In this document: positions 1 to 13,791 of the stretch, one piece after another
Position numbering within the stretch: position 1 is the first letter of the stretch
Layout: each line of letters starts with the position of its first letter
Assembly: GCF_009914755.1 (NCBI RefSeq)
Contig: NC_060944.1
Length of the DNA stretch: 64,000 nucleotides
Strand: one strand, 5' to 3'
Source of the DNA: the human T2T-CHM13v2.0 reference genome, Homo sapiens
Notes under the pieces: generated by a model
What the model was told of the DNA's origin: nothing
Databases searched by the model: none
The model's input: the letters and a program-made list of their open reading frames with translations, nothing else
Position numbers and translations under genes: made by a program

Positions 1-45
1 ATTAATTACCAATTATTGGTAGAATATCACTTTATAAGAAAGTCA

Positions 46-384
<339 letters not shown>

Positions 385-1039
385 CTACTTTTCCCTTGGA
401 AAATCAAGAAAGGCTAAGAAAAGTAAGAGGCACTAGATGTAGGTTTGAATGAATACTGGATTTTCAGTGTGTATAGAGAACAGCCTAAATACAAACATGG
501 CACAGCACTGAAAAGTCCATTTTGATTCAATGAGCACTGGAATAATGATTAACCTCTATAATCTCAACAATTTGCACATATTTTCAGTGGCATGAATCTT
601 ACTAGTTCTTTCCAGTCATTCAAAGACATTTCAAAATACAGGCAAATTCTCTTTTTGGATGAGTACAGAAAAGAACCACGATGCCTAAGGGATTTTTTTA
701 GTCCTTTTTTGTATAGGAAGTTCTATCTGATATTGAAGTGAGCCAATCCTGGCTGCAAGATTGTGGGTCAAGTTTGAGCAACAGTTCACTGAACAATAAT
801 TTTCTTCAATTGAATCTTGCTTTTGCTGGGGAAATTCACTCTGCACTGACAGTACTGAGAGCTCCAAAATAAGGGTTATCTATCTTATGCTTTCCAAGTC
901 AAGTCTATCGTTACCACCAGAAATCATTCATTAGCACCTAATCATCTAGGTTGGGCCTTAGCTGTGTCTCTGGAGAAAACAAAATAAATAGACACCCCCA
1001 TTTCTTTAGATCACCTGTGAATAAATTCTATCATAGTGT

Positions 1040-1190
1040 CATTACCATTCTATCACCTATAATTCGTTTTTATGCTTGACTTCCCTGTGGGATAATGTGA
1101 CTTGGTGAATATGGGCTTGTCTTATTTCCCACAATATCCATAGTCCCTGGCACTCAGAAAGGCCTTAAATATTTGCTGAACAAATGAGTT
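1040..1190 (+). mobile_element. L2 LINE 3' end fragment
   Basis: CCCTGGCACTCAGAAAGGCCTTAAATATTTGCTGAACAAATGA resembles the L2 3' terminus. Confidence 0.55.
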
Positions 1191-2240
1191 TTGTAAATGG
1201 TAACATGAATAAACATAAGGCTATGCAAATCACCATAAACATTGAACAATAAAATATATTGTGCATATATTTGCATGGTTTCTCAAGATTAAATAAGAAA
1301 TTCATAATGTCCATCATAAAGCCATCGATTAAAACTCCTGTTTAAGTTTACTTTTAAAACGATACTATGGGTTAGAAGTATAAGTATTTAAAAATAGAGC
1401 TAGAAAATTAATTGGTTGAGGAATAAGGCATAAATGTGACCACAAATTTCCTGTGCAGACACTTTTTGGGTCTTCACTGGATTTTTATTGCCTGTTATTC
1501 TGAATGTATATTCAGAAACTACTGAATGAATATTTTAATTTATTTTTATCTATTGGTTTACTATCCGAGAATGTTTGCATAATTGACACTTTCCCTTGAT
1601 AATGTATATTAAGGCAAGTGTCTTGATTCAATGACTACAGCATACCAAATTTTTAAAAACTATTAAGCACTTACTGTATGACATGCATTATTCTAATAGC
1701 TGGTAATACCACTAGGAATAAATACGTGCTTATTATTAAGGAGCCTAGTCAAGTTTAGTCTACAGATATTGAACATGTTTATATTAGTGTGGTACTTGTT
1801 CCAAGCAGTTTGCAACTAGCAGAGGTTAAACAGAAGACATCAAAGTTGAATTTCTCTTTTTTATTTAAGCCTAAATTGTACTTGTGATTTTCAAAAAAAG
1901 AATGTCTGGAACTTGTACAATTGTCAGTCAATCTAGCCCAACCAGCATCTTGAGGGAAGTCTTTGCCAAGCCACTGCTGATAAGACCTATGTGAGGCCCA
2001 TTCCGTCGCCATGCTGACTGCCCAAGGGCACAGGTGTCTCTCCAAGATCACAGGCCAGAATCTGTCTGGCAAAGTATCCAAGGTCGACATGAGAATTTCT
2101 ACAATCTTACCCCTTCCTCCCCTCACACGAATGAGCCAAGCAATCCTTTTCCCTGAAGTCATATGGCAGCATTATTTTTCTTCAGTATTGGAAAAGAAAT
2201 AATGTCAGTAAGATCAGGAGACTGTGTACATTGAAGATTT

Positions 2241-2758
2241 CTTTTTTTATTTTAATTTTTATTTTAAGTTCTGGGGTACATGTACAAGATGTGCAGGTCT
2301 GTTACATACGTAAATATGTGCCATGGTGGTTTATTGCACCTATCAACCCATCACCTAGGTATTAAGCTCAGCATGCTTTAGCTATTTTTCCTAATGCTCT
2401 CCCTCCCCCAACCCCACCCACCAACAGGGCTCAGTGTGTGTTGTTCCCCTCCCTGTGTCCTTGTGTTCTCATTATTCAGCTCCCACTTGTAAGTGAGATA
2501 ATGCAGTGTTTGGTTTTCTGTTCCTGCATTAGTTTGCTGAGGATAATGGCTTCTACTCCATCCACATCCCTGCAAAAGATGTGATCTTGTTACTTTTGAT
2601 GGCTGCATAGTATTCCATGGTGTATATGTACCAAATTTTCTTAATCCAGTCTATCATTGATGGACATTTGGGTTGATTTCATGTCTTTGCTATTGTGAAT
2701 AGTACTGCAATGAACATACACGTCCATGTATCTTTGTAATAGAATGATTTATATTCCT
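2241..2758 (-). mobile_element. 5'-truncated primate L1PA 3' end (older L1PA)
   Basis: T-rich tail, then TTTTAAGTTCTGGGGTACATGTACAAGATGTGCAGG...GGCTGCATAGTATTCCATGGTGTATATG, the reverse complement of the L1 3'UTR and ORF2 end. Confidence 0.95.
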
Positions 2759-3049
2759 AATTTCAACAAAAATCATTCAGGTTAGTGGAAGCTGAAGAAG
2801 AGTCTTCACTACTTGGTCATTAGAGATATCGCAAAGAACCAAGGGCAGAGAGATGGCTGTGAATCAGGTAGATGATGGAGTCAGAATCTTTTTCTCTTAT
2901 CTCTAATCTTTTGAAAAAATAAATAGACTTCATTTGTTTTTGTTTCCCTTCTCTTCTTCAGTTACAGTTGGGTAGAAAATATTAGTATCTGTATTTTCTC
3001 AGAGTCTCTCCCACCACCCCTGCTAGCTGCTACCAAAATCTGCTATCCT

Positions 3050-3500
3050 CTTCTTCCCCAGTAATAGATGATATAATCAGAGCACATGGCTGCCTGAAGT
3101 GTCTACACTGCACCTCTGGTGCACTGATGTGGTTAACTTCTGGCAAGTGGAATATAAGCAGAGGGAATAACCACAATGTGCAAGAAGTCTCCTAAAAGGG
3201 AGTCACATGGAAGAAAAAAAGAACCTCCACCTCCTTTCCTCCACCTTGCTGCAAGTCTGATAGCCAGAACTCAACCAACATGGGGTTGGACCATAGGAAA
3301 AGGAAGTAAAAAGGACCATGGAGTAAGATAATAAAAGGCAACAGAGTGGAGTCTGGGCACCTGATACCATACAGCATTGTCACAGCCCTGGAACACTGAT
3401 TCTTGAGATTTGATATGGTAGTTAAATATGATCTTTTCTAAGCTACTCATACTTTTTTTTTTTCCTGTATTAACTGCTTAACTGAATCCTAACTAATAGA
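3050..3500 (+). mobile_element. Old MaLR LTR (MLT1-type)
   Basis: TTCTGGCAAGTGGAATATAAGCAGA internal motif; ends CTGAATCCTAACTAATA like MLT1 termini. Confidence 0.55.
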
Positions 3501-4919
3501 GATACTTTGTCTTCCCCTACCTCTCTACTATTATTTCCTTCTTATATTTTCCTATCCTCTTACTATTTTCAAATCCCTTGGAAAAACCCTTGTTTGTGAT
3601 CCTACTAACTGGTCCTAAAGCTGACTGCCCCTTAAACCCCGACTATGTAAGAGAACTAGTTAGGGGTTTTGTGTGTAAGTGAAATCGATGAGCTTGACAG
3701 ATTCCAGTAGAGCACAGATGGGGAGCCTGGACATTCAGAGGAGAGACTTGGAATTATTCACGATATCTCCGGGAATAGTCCTTGAAGACTGAAAATGATT
3801 TTTTGCTAGGACAGATAAGCCCAAGTACCTCATGACGCAGGGTATTACGCTTAGAGAACTCATCACCTCATAAAGTCAACTTACTTTCAAATGTCAATAG
3901 GTTCAGAAACAGTTTAGAGAGTAGCTCAGTGCTTGATCAATAAGACAAATTTAAGAGCTATCTGGGGTGCAACCCTAATCTAAAGTTGAGGCCAGGGAGT
4001 GATCACAAGGTCTTCCCATGGTACATCTTTTATAATTGCCACAAAGAAGAAAATACCTGGAATCAAAAGGCCAAGGATTTGGCCAATAAAGATTCAACAT
4101 TTTTATCATTATTTCTAAGGAGACAGGGTAAATTGTGCTTGTTTGATAATGCTTATCCTCAAAGTCTCAAAGCAGGACACAGTGAACTAAGTACCTCTCA
4201 AAGTCAGGTCAGATTAGGCAGAAAGCCTTGCTGTTTTTTGATGTCATGGAAATCAGTGAATGTTGTAGTCCTCTTGTATTATATGGCCAGAAGAGGGCAA
4301 AACCACTTGGGCGTTTATTTCTTCATTTAACCACTGCCCCCACCCATTCCATTCATCAGACACCTTTCACTATATCTTTTTTATTGGTGATGGTTTCTTT
4401 GGTTCACTGATAATTGGAATACTGGCCTTCTTTGCTGCTCTATAAATTTGGTAGTTACTGCATTTATGGCTATGTCAATCTGACACAATATTTCAGCCAT
4501 GAGAACTGAGAACTGTAGCTTGAACTGATTTGTGGAAGGCAGGCAAACATTTGGAATGTGGAGATTGGGAGAAATGTACACTCGATTTGAATTGGGGGAA
4601 ATCTTTACCTGAACATTGAACATGTCTTTAATATTGCTCCAACACATCAGTTAATGGGGCACCTTAATTATGTATGAGAGAGAAAATCATCTCTAGGCCA
4701 TTCTTGTATGAAGCCTGTATTGGGGAAAGAAGCAGGTATACCTTTAAAAAAGTAAGACTTGGATTTACTTCGGTCTCTGTTACTTAATATGTTATTTACT
4801 AGTTACTAGGTTACTTAAATGTGAAGAATATTGTTTAATATTCTCTGTGTCTGATAAAATTTGGGGCTCCTTCATTTTCTCTTCTTTTTATTCGCTAACA
4901 TATTGGTTATTATTCATAG

Positions 4920-5132
4920 AAGCAGGTTAACATGGCAGTTAAGATCAATGGGTTTAGGAATCAGACTGGCTGGATTAAAACCCAACTCTATCTCTTCTAG
5001 CTTATGATCATGGCAAGATCCTTAAATTATCTGAACCACAATTTCTTCTCTGTGATATGATGATATTTGACTATAATACCTGCTTCATAAATCTATTAGG
5101 AGAATTAACAGAGATCTTGTCAGTAAGTGCCC
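4920..5132 (+). mobile_element. MIR SINE
   Basis: GGAATCAGACTGGCTGGATTAAAACCCAACTCT...GGCAAGATCCTTAAATTATCTGAACC core. Confidence 0.75.
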
Positions 5133-5699
5133 TTTGAATGCAAATTATCCTTGTTACGCATTACGGCCAATACCTGTGACATCCATGGCCATTTGGCAGT
5201 GCTCTGAGGGATTCTCCAAGAAAGTAACTACCTTCTCACCTGAAACAGAAGCTGATTTGAACTCACTCACAGGCACCTTGCAGAGTGTAAGCCACTCAGG
5301 GGTTTGCCATATTAAGCCAGCGTAACTTCAAAAGATCAGGTTGAAGTGCCTGTGAAATCATATTGAGAACATCACATTTGTACCATCTCAACACGTGATC
5401 TTCTTGTGAAGTATATTCACATGGCCCAGCCATTCTGCCTTTGATAAGGCATTGTGCATTACTAATCGATCTGATGGAGGTTGAAAACTGGTAGATTACT
5501 AGGCACATAAATATGTGATTGCCTGTAATGGACACATTTTTGCGTATTATTCTACATTTTTATTTCCAGTGAATTTCAATTCTCATAGAAACAAGTGATC
5601 ACTTTAAAAAGTCCAAAATATTTACTTATAAAGTGCTTTTTCTACTTTGGCAACTTGCTATATTTATCACTGATGTTCAGCTATCTGGCTATCTGCCCA

Positions 5700-6560
5700 C
5701 AAATATTGCCTAAGGATATATTTCACCCCAGGCACTGTGCTGGATGCAGAGGATACAGAAATGAGTAATGTACCTGCTCTTTATTCTCTTGTGGTTCACT
5801 GTCTAGTGAGGTTTGCAGCTCACTGACCTCATGTAATGTGATAAGTATTTAATGAAAACACGTAAAGCATTCTCCAAGAGCATAGAAGAGGTCTCCTCCC
5901 TCGGTTGGAGGAGTAGAAGAAAGCTGCACAGGATGAGAAAGGATGCAAGCAGAGACAGAGAACAATCCAGCAATGGATTCTGGGAGAGGCAGCTGAATCT
6001 GAACATTGTCTTCACCTGTGCTTCTCCCTTACTGTATAGCTTAGACCCAAACGCTTCTCTCCTGTGCACCTTGTTTTTTCTCATCTTATTTCACATACAG
6101 GAAATATCAATTCAGAGTCATTTGTGTGTACCTGTTAAAAAGAAATGCAGCTACCCAAACCTTGTCTCAGGCCTATTATTCACTCATTGATTTATTAATT
6201 CATTCAGCATATTTTATTAAGCACATGTTTACTAAGCACCTAGTATGTCCCAGATACTGTGCTAGGAACTGGGGAACAAAAGTCACATATCCATGACAGG
6301 ATTTAGGGGTGACAAACATAAAGACTCATTATATTAAAATATAAGTAATAATAAAATAAACATTTCAAAGGAGAGCATGCAATAGCACCAGCCAACATAT
6401 AGGAGCATATTCCTGGAGGATATGAAAGGTGAACTGAGATGTCAGGAATGAGGCAAAAAAGAGGCAAGTCAGTGAAAAGAGGGAAGAATTATGCCTGGAA
6501 AAGAAATAACATATGCACAAAGCCCATGGAATTAGACTCTGTAGAAGGTGGGACCAATAG
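5700..6560 (-). mobile_element. L2 fragments (about 5700-5950 and 6175-6560)
   Basis: CCAGGCACTGTGCTGGATGC and CATTCAGCATATTTTATTAAGCAC...ACTGTGCTAGG, reverse complement of the L2 3' end. Confidence 0.65.
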
Positions 6561-7472
6561 AGCAACATTTTAAAGTTTCCAGGTGATCTGGATGTTCACT
6601 TAGAGTTGACAAACTCTTGCTAATCCCTGTTTCATGTTTTACAGGGCTGTTGTGGTAAACAAAAAGAGTCTTGAAAAAGACCTTTGAAAAGTAAAACAAC
6701 AACAACAACAATGCTTTACACTGTTGTGTACATAGTAGCCCTCAAGGAGCAACAAGTAAGAATTGTATTCAAGATATTAAAATGATGAGCCCTTGGTCTA
6801 ACTATAACTTTGAGGAATGACGCATATTTCAAACCAAGATTGACATTTCATGTCACTTTTGCCATAATAATATGATTCTTACACTGTTTATAGTCTCTAC
6901 ACTTTCCACTTAAGAGGTGCTCTACCTCAATGTGAATGCAAATGTTATATAGAGATTAATGTTTATGAGAATGAGGGAGGACATCAGGTGAGTAGGATGA
7001 GTCTGAAAATTAAAGGTGAAGAAGTTCTGTCTACTTGCCAAAAGAAATTGCATCTTGTAGTCATGTATTGAGCATCTGGTGAAAAAAAAAAATACATCTC
7101 AGACCTAGGAGTCATACTAGAGAGTGAAATAAGCAGAGGAGCTTTTTTTTTGTCCATTAAAACAAGGAAGTCTGAAAAACTAATCACTCAGAGATTCATA
7201 AAGCATCAGTGAAAACTAGCTATGGTTTTCACTGTCATATTTAGACCTCAAGCTCTAAACCTACAATACCCAAACCAACCGAAGTCTTTAAATAACTTCA
7301 GTTCCACCGTAAGTTAATTATAACACCAAGTTAGACAGCTAGATCTTAGGGTTGGACTACTAAGGAGATATACAATATCTTGAGATGTTCCAGTGAAATG
7401 ACATGATAAAAATGTCAACCTTGGATTAATCAGGAGATGCATAGTGTACTTTAATCCCTGACATTTCTAGTG

Positions 7473-7474
<2 letters not shown>

Positions 7475-7517
<43 letters not shown>
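7475..7517. repeat. (GT)21 dinucleotide microsatellite
   Basis: Uninterrupted GT run seen directly. Confidence 0.99.
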
Positions 7518-7521
<4 letters not shown>

Positions 7522-7639
7522 TGGGAAGGGAAATTTTCATCTGGCAGAAATCAAAGTTAATGGAGGTACAGACCTGAACCAGCTGCTCCGTGGTATAATT
7601 CAGCTGGGCATGGCAATGTGATATAATGGGAAGGGGGGT

Positions 7640-7788
7640 CCAGAGTTCAGTGTGAATCCTACTTGATTTGTAAGTGTGGGTGAGTAACTTAACTTGTCAG
7701 TGTCTACATTTTGTCACGTTAAAATGAGAATAATAATAGAGTTATGATGGGGATTAAATGAGACATTGGAGTTAAAATGCTTGGCATA
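7640..7788 (+). mobile_element. MIR SINE, left part (tail resumes at about 8937-8980)
   Basis: GAGTAACTTAACTTGTCAGTGTC...AAAATGAGAATAATAAT...GGATTAAATGAGA; tail GGCACAGTGCATGGAACATAGTAAG follows the L1 insert. Confidence 0.75.
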
Positions 7789-8935
7789 TGTACAGAATTC
7801 CAAGTGATTTATGTAGCCACACCGCTCTCCAACCACTACCAAGGAGTTGGAACCTAACTCCCTCCCTTTTAGCTGTGGGCTGCCTACAGTGCCTTTTTTT
7901 TTCCCCAAAGAGTACAGTATAAAAGGCAGGAAAATGAAAAGTAATTTTACAATGGAGAATCCTGACAAATGCTACTTCAGCCAGGTAATCAAGGTCAACA
8001 TCAATATCTTCCAAGATAAATCATGTAGATAGTATGCACCATTGATATAATCAGAGAATAATGACATTTCACCTGTTTGGTCTAATGTAGTTTGGATGTT
8101 TGTCCCCTCCAAATCTCATGTTGAAATGTGATTCCCAGTGTTGGAGGTGGGACCTAGTGAGAGGTGTTTGGGTCATGAGTGTGGATCCATCATGAATGGC
8201 TTGGTGCCTACCCTGTGGCAGTGAGTTCACATGAGAGCTGATGGTTAAAAAGAGTTGGACTTCCATGCTCTCTCTTGCTTCCTCTCTTACCATGTGACAC
8301 ACCAGCTCCTCTTCTCTTCCGCCATGGGTAAAAGCTTCCTGAGGCTTCACCAGAAGCCAAGCAGATGCTGGTGTCATGCTTGTATGGCCTGCAAAACCAT
8401 GAGCCAAATAAACTCATTTTCTTTATAAATTTTCCAGCCTCTGGTATACTTTATAGCAATGAAAAACAGATTAATACAGTCTTGCTCCCCCAAAATCCAT
8501 AATTTCAGTCTAATTATTAGAAGAACATCAAATCAACCCAAATAGATGGTATTCTATAAAAAGCCCAACCAGTACTCCTCAAAGCTGTCAAGATTATCAA
8601 ATACAAGAAAAGACAGAAATTGTCACAGTCAAGAGGAGCCTAAGGGGACATGATGATTAAATATAATGAGGTTTCCTAGATGGGATCTCATACAATGAAA
8701 GGACCTCAGGTAAATACTAATGAAATCCAAATAAAGTATGGAAATTGTATAGAGTTTACTTGATAATAATCTAACAGTGTTAGTTCATTATTCTTATAAA
8801 TATATCATGGTAATGTAAGAAGTCAACAATAGAGGAAACTGGATGTGGCATATATGGACTTCTCTATATTATCTGTGCAAATTTTCTATCCAGAGAAACT
8901 ATTCTAAAATTTTTAAAATATATATATTTTAAAAC
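7789..8935 (+). mobile_element. Old L1 (L1MC/L1MD-type) 3'UTR fragment, interrupted by an MST LTR
   Basis: GTAATTTTACAATGGAGAATCCTGACAAATGCTACTTCAGCCAGGTAATCAAGGTCAACATC and TCACAGTCAAGAGGAGCCTAAGGGGACATGATGATTAAAT motifs. Confidence 0.75.
8083..8478 (+). mobile_element. MaLR solo LTR, MST family (MSTB-like)
   Basis: TAGTTTGGATGTTTGTCCCCTCCAAATCTCATGTTGAAATGTGA start, ...ACAGATTAATACA end, GTCT on both flanks. Confidence 0.92.
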
Positions 8936-9229
8936 TCTAGGCACAGTGCATGGAACATAGTAAGAACCGAATACATGTTCCCTCTCCACCTTATCTTCCT
9001 TCTTCTCCTCCTTTCTCCAGTTTATAGAACTTGAAGATTTTATTTTAATTAGTTTTCAGAGGCCATTCCTTAGTGGTCTAATCTGATATTTAAAGACATA
9101 TATGTTTCTCAAAGTTATTGCACATTTAAATACGTAAGGTATGATGATTCTGCTTGTAAATCAAATTGCTCATAAAATAATATCATTTTATTACCTCACT
9201 TTATAAGGAGTCTGGAAGAAATAGATACA

Positions 9230-9670
9230 GTAATATTCTGCAACTTAACAATGCCGTTAAATACCCAAGACCTTTCCATGATTTCACTTTGACATCTTGA
9301 GAACACATGTGATATTTTGCCTCTTGTTCCCAAGACGGCCACTGCAGCTCCAAGCCATGCATCTTTTACAAGACAGTGTCTAAAAGTAGTACGAGAAATA
9401 CAGACTTGTCTTCAAGTCTTCTTTTTATCAGAGATGAACCTCTTTTCAGGAGCTTTCTAGAATACTTCTCTTGAGTCCCAATATATCTGGATCACTGGCA
9501 TATCACTAAAAGAGTAAGAAATGGGATTGATATTACTACAGATTATCTTAAAATAATCATGATTCTTCCCCTGGGGCTGAATAAATTACTCCTAGACACC
9601 TCAAATGAATTGGAGCTCTCTTACCAAGAATATGGAGAATAACTGTTGATCAGGCAACCATGGTGCATAA
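9230..9670 (-). mobile_element. Old MaLR LTR (MLT1-type)
   Basis: CCCAAGACGGCCACTGCAGCTCCAAGCCATGCATC motif typical of reverse MLT1. Confidence 0.5.
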
Positions 9671-11379
9671 TATAGAAATTAAGACAGTACATTTCTACCT
9701 TCAAAATTATACTTGGACTACTACCTCTAGGAAGATAAAATAGGCATATTTTTTCCATTCCTCCTTTTAATCCAACTAAAACCCCTGGACATTATATATA
9801 AAACAAATATAAGAAGGCCCTGAAAGTTTAAAAAGGATACAGATCAGCTTGGACCTGGGGATGCAAGCAGTGACACAATGGTGAGATCCCTGAGTTTCCT
9901 TTTTGCCTCATATATCCCAGACCTGGAGCTGAAGAAGCTGGGATGTGGAAAAGATCACACACACATATGCACACACACACACACACCCAAAAAAAACCTC
10001 TCTCTGTCTCTCTCTAGCTAAAGGACTAGGTAAGAGGCAGCCTAGCAAGATAGAAAACTTTTAGACAAGTGCCCTAGTCAAACTAAGTACCATATAAAAA
10101 ACTGTGGCCTTACTCCCATCTAGACCAGAAAAATGTGAGTGGTGATCCTGGATATCCATTTTTGAGAGCCTGCAACTAGGTATAACCCCTTGCCACAGTG
10201 ATGCCATAAAAAACATGTAGAAGGCAGGACTTTCTTCTCCACCAGATGATGGTAACGGCCCCACCCCCATGGTGTCAGAGGAGACCAGGATGGTGGTCCT
10301 GGATCTCTACTTCCACTCTGCAGCAAAGGTATTTCTCCTCCCAACTGGAGTGGTGACAGAGTAAGCCTAGTGGAAAGTTTGGACGTTTACCACCATCCAG
10401 CAATAAAAAGGTTACCCATCCTCCAACATAGTGTTAATTGGATGGCACGTGGGAAGCAATCTTTGACACTCCAAACCCTCTCAGCCAAGTAAACTCTCAG
10501 TGCGGTTTTGGTGGGAAACTAGAATACCCAACTCTGCAAATCAACATGAGCAGTCCTCCTACCAATACATTAATGAAGTCTGAATGGGGAACATGGACTT
10601 CTACCCCCACCTGGCTGTGATGAGATGGAAGCCCCTTTCCCCTGCCATAGTGGTATCAGAAAACAAAACAAAACACAACAAAAACAAAAGTCACAAACAG
10701 CTAAGTCAATAGACTTAAATAATATAGAGAGACTCATACCATATTCAAAAGATCCAATTTTCTATAAAAAAAATTAGTCATGCCAACAAGCCAGGAAGAT
10801 ATCAAACTAAATGAAAAATGATAATTAATAGATCCCAGGGCAAAAATGACAGAGATGGTAGAATTATCTGAAGAATATTCTAAGTCAGCCATCATAAAAA
10901 TGCTTCGACAAGCCATTACAAATATACTTGGGACAAATGAAAAAAATAGAATGCCTGAGCTCAGAAACAGAAACTCTCAGCAAACACATAGCTCCATTGA
11001 ATTCAACAGTAGAATGTGTGGGACTAATGAAGAAACTGGAAGCCTGGAAAGGAGAACAATAAAATTACACAATCTGAACAAAAGAGAGAAAATAAATTGA
11101 GGTAGGGGATGGGGAAAACGAAGCCTCATGGACTGGTGAGACTATAAAAAGGCCAAAACTCTCATAGGAGTCACAGAAGGAGGGGAAAGAGAAGAAAGGG
11201 CTGAAAAAGTACTAAAATAATCACTGAAAATTCCCCAGTTTTGCAAAATACAACTTACAGGTTCAGGTTGCCTACAAAAAGTTGAGCAAAGCCCAAGACC
11301 AGAAATCCATACCAAGACACTATAGTGATCTAATGTAGAGAGAAATGACACCTTACCAAGGGGAGGAAAAGCAATATGG

Positions 11380-11574
11380 ATGACTGCTGATTTTTCATCA
11401 GAAACCGTGGAGATCACAGGGAAGTCACACAACATCATTCAAGTGCTGAAAGAAAAGAACTGTCAACACAGAATCCTATATCTAGCAAAAATATCCTGTA
11501 GGAATGAAGAGAACATTAAGACATTCTCAGATGAAAGAAAACAATTTGTCACCAGCACATCTACTCTAAAATAA
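11380..11574 (+). pseudogene. Degenerate L1 ORF1p C-terminal domain
   Basis: Aligns by eye to L1 ORF1p TADLSAETLQARREW...KEKNFQPRISYPAKLSF; flanked by stops and frameshifts. Confidence 0.85.
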
Positions 11575-12327
11575 AGACTAAAGGAGGTTTTCTAAACTGA
11601 AACAAAATGACAAAATGAAAGATCTCAGAATACCGGGAAGAATTAATGTAGTAAGCAGAAATATAGATATAGATAAATACAGTAGACTTCCTTCTCCTTT
11701 GGGTTGTCTTAATCATGAGTGATAGTGAAAGCAAAAATTATAACACTGTCTGACATGGTTCTAAATGTATATCAGAAACTATGTTAGGTAGTAATATTAT
11801 AAATGGGGATGAAAAAGAACATAAAAGTAAGTTTTTTGTGTTTTCTTAAATAATTTTCTTGAATGGATTTCCTTGAATGACAGTACCAGTAGACTATGAT
11901 AAAATTATGTATGTATAATGTGATACCTAAAGCCTCCACTAAAGTTCTACATAAAACTACACTGAAAAACACTATATATAAATCAAAATGGAATTCTAAC
12001 AAATGTTCAAATAAACCACAGGGAATCAAGAAGAAAAACAGAAACAAACAAAAAGAATGAACAAAAACAAATTATTAAAATGCCAGATTTAAGCCCTAAC
12101 ATATCAATAATTGCATTAAAGGTAAATGATCTATATGTACCAATGAGAAGTCATTGTCAAGGTAAGTTAAATAATTTGGCCCAACTACATACTGTCTATA
12201 AGAAATTCATTTGATGTAAAATAATACATGCAAGTTGAATATAAATGGATGGAAAATGATATTTGTGCAAACATTAATCTAAAGAAAGCAGGAGTGGCTA
12301 TATTAATATCGAAAAAGAGATCAGGGA

Positions 12328-12699
12328 TGCTATAGTTTGGATTTGTGTCCTCACCCAAATCTCATGTCGAATTGTAATCCCCAATGTTGGAGGAGGGGCC
12401 TGGTGAAAAGTATTGGATCATGGGGGCAGGTTTCCCTTTGCTGTTCTCGTGATAGTAAGTTCTCACAACATCTGGTTGTTTAAAATTGTATAGTACCTCC
12501 TCCTTCACTCTCTTCCTCCTGCTCCAGCCATGTAAGATGTGCCAGCTTCCCCTTCCACCATAATTGTAAGTTTCCTGAGGTCTTCCAAGCAATGTTTCCT
12601 GGACAGCCTGTGGAACTATAAGCCAATTAAGCCTCTTTTCTTTATAAATTACCCAGTCTCGGATAGTTCTTTATAGCAATGCAAGAATGAATTAATACA
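12328..12699 (+). mobile_element. MaLR solo LTR, MSTA-like, inserted in the L1 ORF2 endonuclease region
   Basis: TGCTATAGTTTGGATTTGTGTCCTCACCCAAATCTCATG...AATTAATACA; imperfect TSD AGGGA/AGGAC. Confidence 0.93.
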
Positions 12700-13421
12700 A
12701 GGACAAAAAAAATTAGAGATAGAAATGGACATAATATAATAATAAAAGAGTTAATCCACCAAGAAGACATAGCAATAGCAACCTTTTTTTGGGGGGAGGG
12801 CTACCCATCACCTCAAGAATTTGTTGTTTCCTTGTGTTACAAATATTCCAACTATACCCTTTTAGTTATCTTACAATGTATGACAAATTACTGTGGACTG
12901 TAATCACTCCATTTTAATATCAAATACTAGCTCCTATTTATTCTAGCCAACTATATTTTTTATAACAATTAACCATCCCTATCCATGTTGTTGCAAATGA
13001 TAGGCTCTCATTCTTTTTATGGCTGAATAGTACTCCATTGTGTATGTGTACCCACATTTTCTTTATTCATTCATCTGTGATGGATACTTAGGTTGCTTCC
13101 AAATCTTGGTTATTGTGAATAGTGCTGCAATAAGCATGGGAGTGCAGGTATATCTCTGATACACTGATTTCTTTTCTTTCTGGTATGTACTTAGTGGTGA
13201 GATTGCTAGATCATATAGTAGCTCTATTTTCAGTTTTTTGAGGAAGCTTCATACTCTTCACCATAGTGATTGTACTAATTTATGTTCCTACCGACAGTGT
13301 ATGAGGGTTCCCTTTTCTTCACATCCTTGGCAGAATTTGCTGTTTCTTGTATTTTGGATAAAAGCCGTTTTAATTGGGACAAGATGTTATCTCATTGTAG
13401 TTTTGATTTGCATTTCTCTGA

Positions 13422-13791
13422 TGTATCCATCCATTCTCACACTGCCATAAAGATACTACCTTAGACTGGGTAATTTATAAACAAAAGAGGCTTAATTGAC
13501 TCACAGTTCCATGTGCCTGAGGAGGCCTCAGGAAACTTACAATCATGGCAGAAGGTGAAGGGGAAGTAAGGTATGTCTTACATGGCAGCAGGAGAGAGAA
13601 GAGGGTGAGCCAGGAAGTGCCACACCCTTAAGCCATAAGATCTCCTGAGAACTCAGCCATCACCATGAGAACAGCATGGGGGAACCTTCCCCCATAATCC
13701 AATCACCTCCCACCAAGTTCTCCTCCACTGACATGTGGGGATCACAATTTGAGATGAGATCTGGGTGGGGACACAGAGCTAAACCACATCA
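13422..13791 (-). mobile_element. MaLR solo LTR, MSTA-like, nested in L1MA
   Basis: TGTAT...AAACCACATCA termini; perfect 5-bp TSD TCTGA (13417-13421 / 13792-13796). Confidence 0.94.

Noticed and set aside
1223-1276. Pair of octamer motifs ATGCAAAT / ATTTGCAT
   Set aside because: The motif recurs several times in this AT-rich window and there is no other support
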